Positions 27,309 to 39,466 of a DNA stretch of 64,000 bases are shown here, one piece after another. Each line of letters begins with the position of its first letter. Position 1 is the first letter of the stretch. Location of the stretch: assembly GCA_963796105.1 (NCBI GenBank), contig CAWCKJ010000004.1, forward strand, positions 1,536,001 through 1,600,000, given 5' to 3'. The translations under genes were made by a program, and so were the position numbers. This stretch comes from a candidate division FCPU426 bacterium (GTDB lineage Bacteria > Oederibacteriota > Muellerivitia > Muellerivitales > Muellerivitaceae). Under the pieces are notes generated by a model, which saw only the letters and a list, made by a program, of their open reading frames with translations, was not told the DNA's origin and ran no database searches.

Positions 27309-28139
27309 ATGCACGAGGCTGAGAACCCCATAATTATTCCCACCCATCTTTTCGCTTTCCTGGGTTTCGATAATCTCATCAATCCCTACACGGTTGCCTT
27401 GCTTGCCTTCGGCCTGGTTTTCCTCCTGATGTGGAGGGCCCGCGCGAACATGAAATTGGTGCCGACGGGCGCCCAAAATTTCGTGGAAATGGTTTTCGAT
27501 TTCGTCCAGAACCTGGCCGAGCCTCTCGTCGGCAAGCACACCGGTTTTTTTTTCCCCGTGTTTTTCATGCTGTTCATGTTCATCTTTTTCGGGAACCTGA
27601 TGGGCCTGGTTCCCGGCTTGGTATCGCCCACCAGCCGCCTGGAAGTCAACGCGGGCATGGCTTTGATTGTTTTTTTCTCCACCCATCTCTGGGGCGTCAA
27701 AGAGAAAGGCCTCAAGTATTTTGAGCATTTCCTGCCGCCCAAAATACCGGCCAACTCGCCCAACTTTCTCCTCAACCTTTTAATGAGGCTCATCTACCTG
27801 GTGCTTCTGGTCTTAATGCCCATCATCCACGTCATCGGGGAACTTGTGAAACCCGTCTCCCTTACCTTCCGTTTATTCGGCAACATGATGGCCAAGGAGA
27901 AACTTCTGGCCATCCTGGTTTTCCTGGTCACGGTTTTTTGGGACCAAAACCTCGCCCTGAAGATCGCGTCCTCCTTTCCCTTCCTTTTAAGGGTGGCCAT
28001 CGTGATTCTGGGGGTTTTCGTTTCTTTCGTTCAGGCTTTTGTATTCATGCTTTTGGCCATGGTTTACATCGGGGGAGCCGTCCAATCCCACGAGAGCCAC
28101 ACGGAAGGCGGGGAGGAACACAGCCACTCCGCTTCCTGA
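27309..28139 (+). CDS. atpB: F0 subunit a
   Basis: PTGAQNFVE, NLMGLVPG, PVSLTFRLFGN, QAFVF. Confidence 0.96.
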   Translation: MHEAENPIIIPTHLFAFLGFDNLINPYTVALLAFGLVFLLMWRARANMKLVPTGAQNFVEMVFDFVQNLAEPLVGKHTGFFFPVFFMLFMFIFFGNLMGLVPGLVSPTSRLEVNAGMALIVFFSTHLWGVKEKGLKYFEHFLPPKIPANSPNFLLNLLMRLIYLVLLVLMPIIHVIGELVKPVSLTFRLFGNMMAKEKLLAILVFLVTVFWDQNLALKIASSFPFLLRVAIVILGVFVSFVQAFVFMLLAMVYIGGAVQSHESHTEGGEEHSHSAS

Positions 28140-28218
28140 AGGATTCCTTGCCGGTTGCAAGGGCGAATGAATATTGATGTACCCTCGTTAAGAGGGTTCC
28201 CCGGCCAGCCCCCGCTGA

Positions 28219-28611
<393 letters not shown>

Positions 28612-28678
28612 ATCAGGTTAAAGAACGCTCGCCAAGGGGTTTGAGGCCCCTTGGCGAACAACTTAGAAGAGGGAATCC

Positions 28679-29167
28679 ATGGAATTCAACGTCAATTTTT
28701 TCGTCTTGCAGCTGGTCACCTTCGCGATCGGGATTTGGCTGGCCACCCTGATCTTCATTCCTTACCTTAAGAATTGGATGCAAAGCCGCCAAAAACGCAT
28801 CGAGGACCAGCTTAACACCGCCGAAAAACGCCAAAAAGAGTCGGAATCCCTTAAAGCGGATTTGGAACGCAAGTTGAAGGACCTCGAGCAAAGAACCACT
28901 GAGACCCTGCAGGAAGCCCGTAAGGAGGCCGCCCGGATGAAGGACGATATCGTCCATGCCGCCCGCAAAGAAGCGGATCTCTTCCTGGCGGACGCCCGCA
29001 GAACCATTGAGAACGAGAGCCAAGCTGTTTCCCTGGCCCTTCAAAAAGAAGTCGGTTCTTTGGCCGTCTCCATAGCGGAAAAACTCATCCGTTCCTCCGT
29101 GGACGCGAAGGTGCAGGATAAAATCGTTCAGGAAAGTATCAAAGAAATAAACGCGCAAAAGAATTAA
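28679..29167 (+). CDS. atpF: F0 subunit b
   Basis: N-terminal TM, long coiled coil, SIAEKLI; operon position. Confidence 0.92.
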   Translation: MEFNVNFFVLQLVTFAIGIWLATLIFIPYLKNWMQSRQKRIEDQLNTAEKRQKESESLKADLERKLKDLEQRTTETLQEARKEAARMKDDIVHAARKEADLFLADARRTIENESQAVSLALQKEVGSLAVSIAEKLIRSSVDAKVQDKIVQESIKEINAQKN

Positions 29168-29191
29168 TTCCGCAGTTTTGGGAGTGAAAAT

Positions 29192-29737
29192 ATGGAATCG
29201 GTCATCGCAGAGAAGTACGCCGTAGCCCTTTTGCAGGTGGCCCGTGAGTTGAAAACCGTGGACGAGCTTGGCGCCGAGATCCAGTCCGTCCAGGATCTCG
29301 TGGATTCCTATCCTGACCTCAAAGCGACCCTGGAGCATCCGCGGATCAAGTCCCAGGAGAAGCTCGATGCATTGAAGGCCCTTTTGGGAAACAAGCTTTC
29401 CCGGACCCTGGAAAATTTCCTTCGCCTCCTTTTGGCTAAGAAGCGCATCGGGCACCTGAAGGCCGTCACGGAGCATTACGAGAGGTTGTGCCTGCAGATG
29501 AAAGGAAAAGCCGCCGCGCGGGTTTTAACGGCCATGCCCTTATCCGCGGCCCAAAAAGGGGCTTTGTCCCAAAAGCTCACCCAGATGTTCGGCTTGACGG
29601 TCGAGTTGAAAGAGGAAGTCAAGCCGGATTTGATCGGGGGTATGATGGTTTACCTGGGGGACCAGCGCATGGACGGAAGCATCCTGGGACAATTGGAAAA
29701 AATGAAGCAAAGGCTGATGAAGGTGGAGATCGATTAA
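29192..29737 (+). CDS. atpH: F1 subunit delta
   Basis: AEKYAVAL, NFLRLL, LIGGM..GDQRMDGS. Confidence 0.93.
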   Translation: MESVIAEKYAVALLQVARELKTVDELGAEIQSVQDLVDSYPDLKATLEHPRIKSQEKLDALKALLGNKLSRTLENFLRLLLAKKRIGHLKAVTEHYERLCLQMKGKAAARVLTAMPLSAAQKGALSQKLTQMFGLTVELKEEVKPDLIGGMMVYLGDQRMDGSILGQLEKMKQRLMKVEID

Positions 29738-29771
29738 GGCGTTTTAACACAAGAAATTCGGGAGGTTCGAC

Positions 29772-31272
29772 GTGGCCATCCAAGCTGATGAAGTGACGAA
29801 AATATTAAAAACCCGCATCAAGGAATTCAAACCCGAGGCCGAACTCACCCAGGTCGGAGAGGTCATCAAGGTCGGGGACGGCGTGGCCGTCGTGTACGGA
29901 TTGAAAAACGCTATGGCGGGAGAGCTGCTGAAATTTCCCAACGATGTTTATGGAATCGTCTTCAACCTGGAGACCGATTCGGTGGGAGTGGTGCTCATGG
30001 GGGAAACCCAGAAGGTCCACGAGGGGGATCCCGTCTCTTTGACCGGGCGAATTTCCGAAGTGCCGACAGGGAAGGAGCTTTTGGGACGCGTAGTCAACCC
30101 CTTGGGCGAGCCCTTGGATGGAAAAGGCCCCTTGAACGCCTCCTCCAGCCGGCGAATCGAGTTCAAGGCCCCGGGCGTGGTGCAAAGGCAGCCGGTCAAG
30201 GAACCCCTTCATACCGGCATCAAGGCCATCGACTGCATGATTCCCATCGGCCGGGGACAACGGGAGCTCATCATCGGGGACCGCCAGACCGGAAAGACCG
30301 CCATCGCCCTGGACACCATCCTGAACCAAAAAGGAAAGGACGTGGTTTGCGTCTATGTCGCCATCGGCCAGAAGCAATCCACTGTGGCCCAGTTCGCCCG
30401 CACCCTGGAAGAGCATGACGCATTGAAATACTGCATCATCGTTTCGGCCACGGCCTCCACTCCCGCGCCCCTGCAATATATCGCCCCATACGCCGGCTGC
30501 GCCATGGCGGAGGAATTCACCTATAATGGCGGCCATGCCCTGGTGGTTTACGACGACTTGTCCAAGCAAGCCGTGGCTTACCGCGAGTTGTCCCTCTTGC
30601 TGCGCGGCCCCCGGCCGCGAGGCATACCCGGGGGATGTTTTCTACCTTCATTCCCGCCTGCTGGAGAGGGCCTGCAAACTCAACGAGAAATTAGGGGGCG
30701 GTTCCCTGACGGCGCTTCCCATCATCGAGACCCAGGCCGGGGACGTGACGGCTTATATTCCCACGAATGTCATTTCCATCACGGACGGCCAGATCTACCT
30801 GGAATCCAACCTGTTTTACTCGGGGGTTCGTCCCGCCATCAACGTCGGTATTTCGGTCTCCCGCGTGGGCGGCAACGCCCAAACCAAGGCCACGAAAAAG
30901 GTGGCGGGAAGGTTGAAACTGGACATGGGGCAATACAACGAGCTGGCGGCTTTCGCCCAGTTCGGCGCGGAACTGGACAAGGTGTCCATGGCCCAGTTAA
31001 GCCGGGGCGCCCATATGGTGGAACTCCTCAAGCAGCCCCAGTACTCGCCCATGCTGATGGATGAGCAGGTCGCCTCGGTTTTCGCCGGGGTCAATGGGTA
31101 CATGGACAGCCTCCCGATCGAAAAGGTCAAGGCGTTCGAGACCGGCCTTTTGGCGTTCTTGAAGAACAAGCGTCCCGAAATTCTCAAGGATATCCGCGAC
31201 AAGAACGACTTGACCGACGACAACAAGACGAAACTAGTGGCGGCCATAGAGGAATTCGCGAAAACCTTCTGA
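29772..31272 (+). CDS. atpA: F1 subunit alpha, frameshifted at ~30605
   Basis: [28 protein letters not shown] motif is broken by an apparent 2-nt loss and continues in ORF 30526..31272. Confidence 0.95.
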
Positions 31273-31285
31273 GGAGTCTTTTTCA

Positions 31286-32150
31286 TTGGCACAGATTAGG
31301 GAAATCAAGCAGCGCCTGAAAAACGCCAAAAACATCAACCAAATCACCATGGCCATGAAAATGGTGGCCACGGCGCGGCTGAAAAGGGCACAACAGCGCA
31401 TCATGGGGGCCAGGCCATACGCCTACCGCATGAGGGATGTCATCCAGAATCTCGCCTCCAGCGTCAGCGAGGATGTTCATCCGCTGATGGCCTCCCGGGA
31501 GAAGGGGCACCTCGGGCCTATTGGTGGTGACGGCCGACAGGGGATTTTGCGGCAGTTTCAACGCCAATATTATCCGCCGGGCGCAGGCCTATATCCGGGA
31601 AAATCCCGATACGGTTCTTCTCACCGTGGGGAAAAAGGGCCGGGATTTTTTCAAACGGCGGAGCTTCAATATCCGCAAGGAATGGATGCAAATTTTCCCC
31701 CAGGTTCCATACGAGTCGATCCAGGAGATGAGGGATGTGATCGAGACCCTTTACGTTAAGGAGGGGTTCAAATCCATCACGGCCCTTTACAACGAGTTTA
31801 AGAGCGTTGTCCAGCAGAAGGTCACATTGGAGACCCTTCTTCCCTTGAAAATTTCGGGGGAGGAAAAAGAGGGGAAAGCCGATTATGCCGGAGGGGATTA
31901 CGCTTTTGAGCCGGATGTGAGCACCATCCTGGAATCCCTGCTTTCCAAATACCTGGCCACTGAAATCCACCGGATATTACTGGAGAGTTTTTCCTCAGAA
32001 ATGGGGGCCAGACGCAGCGCCATGGAAGCCGCCACCAAGAACGCCAAGGAAATGATCGGTAAGTTGACATTGGAGTTCAACCGGGCCCGCCAAGCGGTCA
32101 TCACCAAGGAAATTTCAGAGATTGTTGGCGGCGCCGAGGCCTTGAAGTGA
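31286..32150 (+). CDS. atpG: F1 subunit gamma, frameshifted at ~31500-31515
   Basis: ITMAMKMVATARL in the first frame; TADRGFCGSFN and NRARQAVITKEISEIVGGA in the second. Confidence 0.95.
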
Positions 32151-32192
32151 TAATCGCGGTTTTTTCGGTTAAATGACTTTAGAAATCAATAG

Positions 32193-33626
<1,434 letters not shown>

Positions 33627-33641
33627 CAAGGCGGTTGGAAA

Positions 33642-34061
33642 ATGGCGAACAGCTTAAAATTTCAAGTGGCCGCCCCTGACCGGCCCGCCCTCGATGAGGA
33701 AGTGAATTTAGTCATTCTTCCGGGCGGCATGGGGGAATTCGGGGTCATGCCGAGGCATATGAAGTTCTTGTCCAACCTAAAACCCGGAACCCTTCAAGTT
33801 CTCAAGGACCAACAAAGGGATTTTTATTTTGTCTCAGGGGGATTCGTCGAGGTGAATCCGGATTCCGTGATCGTGCTGGCGGAAGCTTACGAAAAAGCCG
33901 AGGAGATCGACGTGGAAAGGGCCCAGAAGGCCAAGAAAAAGGCCGAGGAAAAGCTGGCGGAAAAAAAGGACGCCTCCGACGTGGTTCAAGCCAAGGCCTC
34001 CCTGGCCAGGGCCGAAGCCCGGTTAAAAGTCGTCGAGGAAGCGAAAAAGTCGAGGAAGTAA
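33642..34061 (+). CDS. atpC: F1 subunit epsilon
   Basis: GEFGVMPRH, VSGGFVEV, IDVERA. Confidence 0.95.
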   Translation: MANSLKFQVAAPDRPALDEEVNLVILPGGMGEFGVMPRHMKFLSNLKPGTLQVLKDQQRDFYFVSGGFVEVNPDSVIVLAEAYEKAEEIDVERAQKAKKKAEEKLAEKKDASDVVQAKASLARAEARLKVVEEAKKSRK

Positions 34062-34277
34062 AGTTCCGATCCCCCGAGGGGCATGGACCTAATTCCGGGT
34101 CCGGTCATAAAAACCGGATGGAAAAAGAAGGATGTCCGGGGATCACCACTGCCTGATTCTCAAAATAACTGGAAAAGAAAGTATAGTTAGTTAATCTCCC
34201 GGTTTTCTTCCCCTTGAGTTCAAGTTGTATCAAACGGTAAAATAACGGTGTTTTTCACGCAATAAAGGGTGTGGTTC

Positions 34278-34676
34278 ATGATCGTTGGAACGGGTGTGGA
34301 TTTAATTGAAATCGAACGGGTGGAACAAGCGCACGTCAGATTCGGCCGCCGTTTCATTGACCGCCTTTATACCCCCGCGGAATCGGAATATTGCCTCAAA
34401 AAAAAAGACCCCTACCCTTCCTTGGCCGGGCGTTTCGCAGCCAAGGAAGCTGTGATCAAGGCTTTCAGCCAGGGCTTCGGGGGCCGTTGGAAGTGGCGGC
34501 ATATCGAGGTGGTCAGGGAAAAAAGCGGCAAGCCCACCCTCCGCTTGAATGGCATCCTGGAAAAGCTCCGCTTGGATAGAAAAATCAGCGTCATTCATTT
34601 GTCCATCGCGCACAGCAAAAGGGACGCGACCGCGACGGTGATCCTGGAAACAGGGATTTCAGGTGATAAGGCATGA
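34278..34676 (+). CDS. acpS: Holo-ACP synthase
   Basis: GTGVDLIEIER, AGRFAAKEA, GKP, LSIAH. Confidence 0.95.
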   Translation: MIVGTGVDLIEIERVEQAHVRFGRRFIDRLYTPAESEYCLKKKDPYPSLAGRFAAKEAVIKAFSQGFGGRWKWRHIEVVREKSGKPTLRLNGILEKLRLDRKISVIHLSIAHSKRDATATVILETGISGDKA

Positions 34677-36151
34677 CGCGCACGGGGGAATGGAAACCAC
34701 GCCAATTAAGCCAAACCCAATGGTTTTGGTTTCTCCTCTTTATCGGGTTATTGACCAGAATCCCGATGTTAAATGTGGCCAAAGCGGAAACTACAGACGG
34801 TATCCTTAGCCTGACTTATTTTTCCCCGAGCCTCGTTGACACTCCCCGGTTTTGCATTCTTCCGGGGTATTCCGTCCTGCTTTGGCTTGGCCAGTCGTTG
34901 GGCGCCGACGGAATTTTATGGGGCAGGATTTTGGCGGCGGCCGCGGGCCTTTTATTCCTGATTCCGCTTTGGAAATTCGCGGCGAGGTGGGTATCCACCG
35001 AGATGGCGGGAATGATCTGCCTCTTCGCGCTTTTTTCCCCCTTGCTCTGGCAATGGTCCCTGAAGGTCATGGCGGATACCTTGTTTTTGTTCTTTTTCTG
35101 GTGGTGCCTGGAGAGATTGACCACCGCCTCGATTGACCGGAACGAAAAATCCTGGCTGACGGCATGCCTCGCGGGAGCCCTCGCGGCGTTGGTCCGCCCC
35201 GAGGGATTCCTGTTATTGCCCTGGATCATCGCTGTTGGAAAGCCGTTAGGCTTTTTCAGGCGCGAAAGGTTTTTCCTGCTGTTCTGGCTCGGCCCCCTCT
35301 TTTTTTTAAAAGAAAAAATCCTCACGATATTAATAGCCTACCGGGAAGGCCTGGGACTGACTTCCGGTCCGGAACATGTTGCATTCCCATTCGTTAATTT
35401 CATGGAGCACCTTTACGCCTACATGACCCAGCCTTTTTTCGTGTTTACGCCCCTTCTTTATTTGTTCGCCATCCTTGGAACCGCGAAAATGTTTGTCCGG
35501 AATGACCCGGTCGGGGGCAGTTTCAGGCGGATCGTTCTTCAGGTCTATTTCTTGGTTTTGGTTTCCCGGCTGGTCCCGACCACTTACCAGGACCGGCATA
35601 TGCTTCCGTTTCTTCCGGTCATCCTGGTCGCGGCTGGCTATCACCTGGAGACTTTTTTGGAGCAATGGAGAAGCCAAAGCACGCCCTTGAGGATGATGCT
35701 ATGGAAAAACGGACTCATCACCTTGTGCCTCTGCTTCAGCGCCCTTTATTCCTCCGGGGTTTTGATCGGTCAATACGATTCTTTCGGGGATATCAAACGC
35801 TCCGCCGAGTTCCTGAAAACCCTGCCCAGGGACGCCGTGATCTATTCGGATGAAATCCCGAAAACCCAGTATTGGTCGGGCCGATCCCTGAGGCTCTTGA
35901 CCCTTCCATTCAATCCCCAGCCGGGGGATTATCTCGTGCTTCATAGCTTTTACACCCAGCGGCTGAGGTTTGTGGACGAGAACCTTTGGGGGCGTCACGG
36001 CGCGGTCCAGCTTCGCCAGGACCATAGCATGGTGGTTCCCCTGCTGACTGACTTGATGGAAGATCCAAGCATGCAAAACAGGACTGTTTCCACCGCCTAC
36101 CGGTTCCAACCCCAATTTTTCCTAAGCTTGGTTTACCGGATCGCCAAATAA
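34673..36151 (+). CDS. Multi-TM membrane protein, GT-C (PMT/ArnT-like) glycosyltransferase candidate
   Basis: Many TMs, PGY, MADTLF, LVRPEG, RHMLP. Confidence 0.6.
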   Translation: MTRTGEWKPRQLSQTQWFWFLLFIGLLTRIPMLNVAKAETTDGILSLTYFSPSLVDTPRFCILPGYSVLLWLGQSLGADGILWGRILAAAAGLLFLIPLWKFAARWVSTEMAGMICLFALFSPLLWQWSLKVMADTLFLFFFWWCLERLTTASIDRNEKSWLTACLAGALAALVRPEGFLLLPWIIAVGKPLGFFRRERFFLLFWLGPLFFLKEKILTILIAYREGLGLTSGPEHVAFPFVNFMEHLYAYMTQPFFVFTPLLYLFAILGTAKMFVRNDPVGGSFRRIVLQVYFLVLVSRLVPTTYQDRHMLPFLPVILVAAGYHLETFLEQWRSQSTPLRMMLWKNGLITLCLCFSALYSSGVLIGQYDSFGDIKRSAEFLKTLPRDAVIYSDEIPKTQYWSGRSLRLLTLPFNPQPGDYLVLHSFYTQRLRFVDENLWGRHGAVQLRQDHSMVVPLLTDLMEDPSMQNRTVSTAYRFQPQFFLSLVYRIAK

Positions 36152-36164
36152 AAGGGAGGAATCC

Positions 36165-37817
36165 ATGAAAGTCGCCTCAAGCCAGGATATGAGAAAAATC
36201 GATGAGACTGCCGTTAAGGAATTTTCCCTGCTCACCGGGAAATTGATGGAATCCGCCGGTAAAGCCGTGGTGGACGCCATGGCCGACAAGTTCGGGGACC
36301 TTTCCCATAAAACGGTGGGTGTTCTTTGCGGTCCCGGGCATAACGGCGGTGATGGCCTCGCGATCGCTCGCCTCCTGAAAGAGATCAAGACCAGTGTCGT
36401 GGCCGTCGCGGTGGGCGACGCGGAGGATATGGCCGATGAAACCCTCAAACAGTTCCAAAAGGCCAAGACGGCCAAGGTGCCGATCCTTTTTTTAAATGAC
36501 CTGGAAGGGATGAAGACTGTCCTATTGGCCCTGGAAGAATGCGACCTATTGGTGGACGCGCTCTTCGGGACAGGACTATCCCGGCCGGTGGAGGGTCTCT
36601 TCCGGGAATTGATCCGGTCGGTGAAATCCCTGCAGAAACCCATCGTGGCGGTCGACATGCCCTCGGGATTCTCCTCCGATCTGGGCGTTCCCCTGGGGGA
36701 GTCTTTCACGGCCCAACTCACCGTCACCTTCGGGCTTCCGAAATTGGGTTTTTATTCCCAGACGGCCGCGGCTTTCCTGGGAGATTGGAGGGTGGATAAA
36801 ATAGGATTCCCGGATCAACTCTTGAACGCCCCTTTTTTAAAGCATGAAGTCACGGAGCTGGAAACTGTCAGGAAATGCCTCCCGCCCTATGACGATTTTA
36901 CGCACAAAGGGACGCGCGGCCGGGTCTTGATCGTGGCCGGGGCCACGGGATTGACGGGGGCCGCGGTTTTGAGCGCGCTCGGAGCCCAGAGGATCGGGGC
37001 CGGATTGGTGACAGTGGCTTGCCCCGAAAGCCTGAACCCCATCCTGGAAGCCAAATTAACCGAACCCATGACGGCGCCGGTGCCCGAAGTGGAAGGCGGA
37101 TTTTTTTCCCTGAAAGCCGCGGGCCGGATCATCCACTTGGCCACGAATGTCAATTCGGTGGTGATCGGCCCCGGAATCGGCCGGCATAGGGAAACCGGGC
37201 AATTGTTGAGGGAGCTGTTGACGAAAATGACCCTGCCCATGGTCGTGGACGCGGACGCCCTCTATCTCCTGGGGGGGCAATTAGACATATTCAAGGCCGT
37301 CAAGGCTCCCGTCCTCATGACCCCGCATCCCGGGGAAGCGGCCTGGCTTTTAAAGACCACGATCAACGATGTCGAACAAAACCGCGTTAAAGTTGCGAAG
37401 CAAATTGCCCAAGGATATAATGTCGTTGTTATTTTGAAAGGGCATCACACCGTTATCGCGAATCCCAAGGGCGAGGTTCGGATCAATCCCACAGGGGGCC
37501 GGGCCTTGGCGACCGCGGGCACGGGGGATGTTCTTTCGGGCATTCTCGGCGGATTGCTGGCCCAGCGCGTCCCCCTATTTGAGGCCGCCACGGCGGGTGT
37601 TTACCTCCATGGGTTGGCGGGGGACAAGGCCACCCAAAGAATGGGGCCGGACGGGGTTTTAGCGGGAGACCTGCTGCCTCTTCTCCCGAAAGTATTGCGG
37701 TTCGTGAGAGAAAATAAAAGGGAGCCCCTATGGCCGTCTCAAAAGAATTCCAAGCCCATTGGGAGGCGTTCCTCAAAGTCCTCCAAGTCCGGGAACCCCG
37801 CCTCTATGAGCACTTAA
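36165..37817 (+). CDS. nnr: Bifunctional NAD(P)H-hydrate epimerase/dehydratase
   Basis: GPGHNGGDG, DALFGTG, VDMPSG, HKGTRG, DADAL, TPHPGE, AGTGDVL. Confidence 0.95.
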   Translation: MKVASSQDMRKIDETAVKEFSLLTGKLMESAGKAVVDAMADKFGDLSHKTVGVLCGPGHNGGDGLAIARLLKEIKTSVVAVAVGDAEDMADETLKQFQKAKTAKVPILFLNDLEGMKTVLLALEECDLLVDALFGTGLSRPVEGLFRELIRSVKSLQKPIVAVDMPSGFSSDLGVPLGESFTAQLTVTFGLPKLGFYSQTAAAFLGDWRVDKIGFPDQLLNAPFLKHEVTELETVRKCLPPYDDFTHKGTRGRVLIVAGATGLTGAAVLSALGAQRIGAGLVTVACPESLNPILEAKLTEPMTAPVPEVEGGFFSLKAAGRIIHLATNVNSVVIGPGIGRHRETGQLLRELLTKMTLPMVVDADALYLLGGQLDIFKAVKAPVLMTPHPGEAAWLLKTTINDVEQNRVKVAKQIAQGYNVVVILKGHHTVIANPKGEVRINPTGGRALATAGTGDVLSGILGGLLAQRVPLFEAATAGVYLHGLAGDKATQRMGPDGVLAGDLLPLLPKVLRFVRENKREPLWPSQKNSKPIGRRSSKSSKSGNPASMST

Positions 37818-38413
37818 AACTTGCCAGGCCCAAGGAAATGACCAAGTATAACCTGGTTATTTTGGCCAAAACACAGGAAGAACTTAAGGAAATGGAGGTT
37901 GGTTTAAAAGTTTATCATGATAAGATAACCGAGTTTGTCCCTTTGGTTTTCGGGGATAACCGGGGGATCAAGACCGAGCTGGCGAAGGAAGCGGAATGGG
38001 AGTTGTTCGCTCCCGAGGAGCCGGTCCAGGAGGTTGCCCGGAAAAACACGACGGAGCCGCCTGTTCCCGCCCCGCCCTCGATGGACCAGAACGAGCTATT
38101 TCGGGTTTTGGAAACGAGCATCCGCCAAAAGCTCGAGGCCGAGATCAGGGTCTCTTTAGAGGCTGAAAAGGAAAACCCGGAAAGGCAGAGGGAGCTTCTC
38201 CGCAAACTCAAGGAAGATCTTGAACTGGAGGAGGAAAACCGAAGGTTGGCGATTCGAATGGCCATGATCGCCGAAGGGGACAAGATCCTCACCCAACTCG
38301 TGATGATTTGGCAGCAAGCCAAACAAAACGGGGATGGCGGGCAACAGTGGAACGAAGTGAAGCAGCGATTGTTGGAGCTTCTGGACGCCACCGTCCAGCT
38401 GACGCGCTCATAA
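37730..38413 (+). CDS. Hypothetical coiled-coil protein
   Basis: 227-aa ORF with GGAG RBS, in operon context. Confidence 0.7.
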   Translation: MAVSKEFQAHWEAFLKVLQVREPRLYEHLKLARPKEMTKYNLVILAKTQEELKEMEVGLKVYHDKITEFVPLVFGDNRGIKTELAKEAEWELFAPEEPVQEVARKNTTEPPVPAPPSMDQNELFRVLETSIRQKLEAEIRVSLEAEKENPERQRELLRKLKEDLELEEENRRLAIRMAMIAEGDKILTQLVMIWQQAKQNGDGGQQWNEVKQRLLELLDATVQLTRS

Positions 38414-38437
38414 TTTGATTTAAAGGATGGAGGAAAA

Positions 38438-39031
38438 ATGATCAATCAAACCGTGGATTCCGCCCTGGGATATTTGGCCCTTTCTTTCATAACATGGACC
38501 GTGACTTTCGCGGTCATCGTTTTCGGATTCATGCTTCGGCGCAGAATCCTATTGTGGGACGATCAATGGAAGGAAAAACTCGAGGAATCCGGCGTTTCGG
38601 TCAAGGAGTTCGCGGAGGAACTTGAGGTCACTCATGAGAAAATCCGCTACACTTTCCGCCTGCTTGGCTTTTTCCTGGTCATCATCGTCGCCCTGATGGG
38701 ATTGGTGGTTTATCTGGCCATGATCCAGAAACCCATTTTGGGTTTTTCCCAAGTCTTGAACGGCCTCTGGCTCCTGGTCTTGGTGGCCCTCTCGATGATC
38801 ATTCCGGCTTTCGTCAATTTCGCGGTGGGCACCTATGTTTCCGAGACCATGCTCTTGAAGGCCAACGGGTTCGTGTTCCGCGAGGTCCGCGAGGAAATCA
38901 TGCAGAAGAAAGCCAAGTTGAAAATCATGGAAAAAGCCAAACAACTCAGGGCGCAAAGGGAAGCGTTGAGAACGGCCGCGCCGGGCCCCCCTGGTTCCGG
39001 GTCGCAAGCCTCCGCGCCCGCGGGCAAGTAA
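38438..39031 (+). CDS. Hypothetical membrane protein (3 TM)
   Basis: GGAGG RBS; three hydrophobic segments. Confidence 0.75.
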   Translation: MINQTVDSALGYLALSFITWTVTFAVIVFGFMLRRRILLWDDQWKEKLEESGVSVKEFAEELEVTHEKIRYTFRLLGFFLVIIVALMGLVVYLAMIQKPILGFSQVLNGLWLLVLVALSMIIPAFVNFAVGTYVSETMLLKANGFVFREVREEIMQKKAKLKIMEKAKQLRAQREALRTAAPGPPGSGSQASAPAGK

Positions 39032-39106
39032 AAGCCCCGAGAAGTCATTTTCCCGCCGGGTTTCCCCGGACTCTTGAAGCCGCCATTTCACGCAAAGGGA
39101 TCCATC

Positions 39107-39466
39107 ATGCTTAAAAAATTTCTTGTTATTTCCTTTTTGATTTTGGGCCTTACGGGCTGCGCGTCCGTGGGAATCGTCGATTCCAGCCTGCGGGTGGAAA
39201 TAACGCCCAGTCCCGTGGAACGTGGAAAGCCCGCGTTGGCGGAGATCAACGCCCCCATGGAGGCGGAAAAAGTCGTGGGGACCGTGATGGTTTTCGGAAG
39301 CCCCCAGCTTTTGTTCCGGAAAAATGAGGAAAAAAACATTTGGTATTTTTACGGCACCATCCCTTTCTCCCCCTGGGTTAAACCGGGCTCCTACCGGGTG
39401 AGGGTCCTTGTTTATTTGCCGAAGGGAAGCCCCCGCTATACCGAGATTAAAGTCGATCTTAAATGA
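39107..39466 (+). CDS. Hypothetical lipoprotein
   Basis: MLKKFLVISFLILGLTGC lipobox. Confidence 0.75.
   Translation: MLKKFLVISFLILGLTGCASVGIVDSSLRVEITPSPVERGKPALAEINAPMEAEKVVGTVMVFGSPQLLFRKNEEKNIWYFYGTIPFSPWVKPGSYRVRVLVYLPKGSPRYTEIKVDLK

Noticed and set aside
30600..30615. Programmed frameshift in atpA
   Set aside because: No canonical slippery heptamer is present, and several similar indels in the window favour sequencing error.
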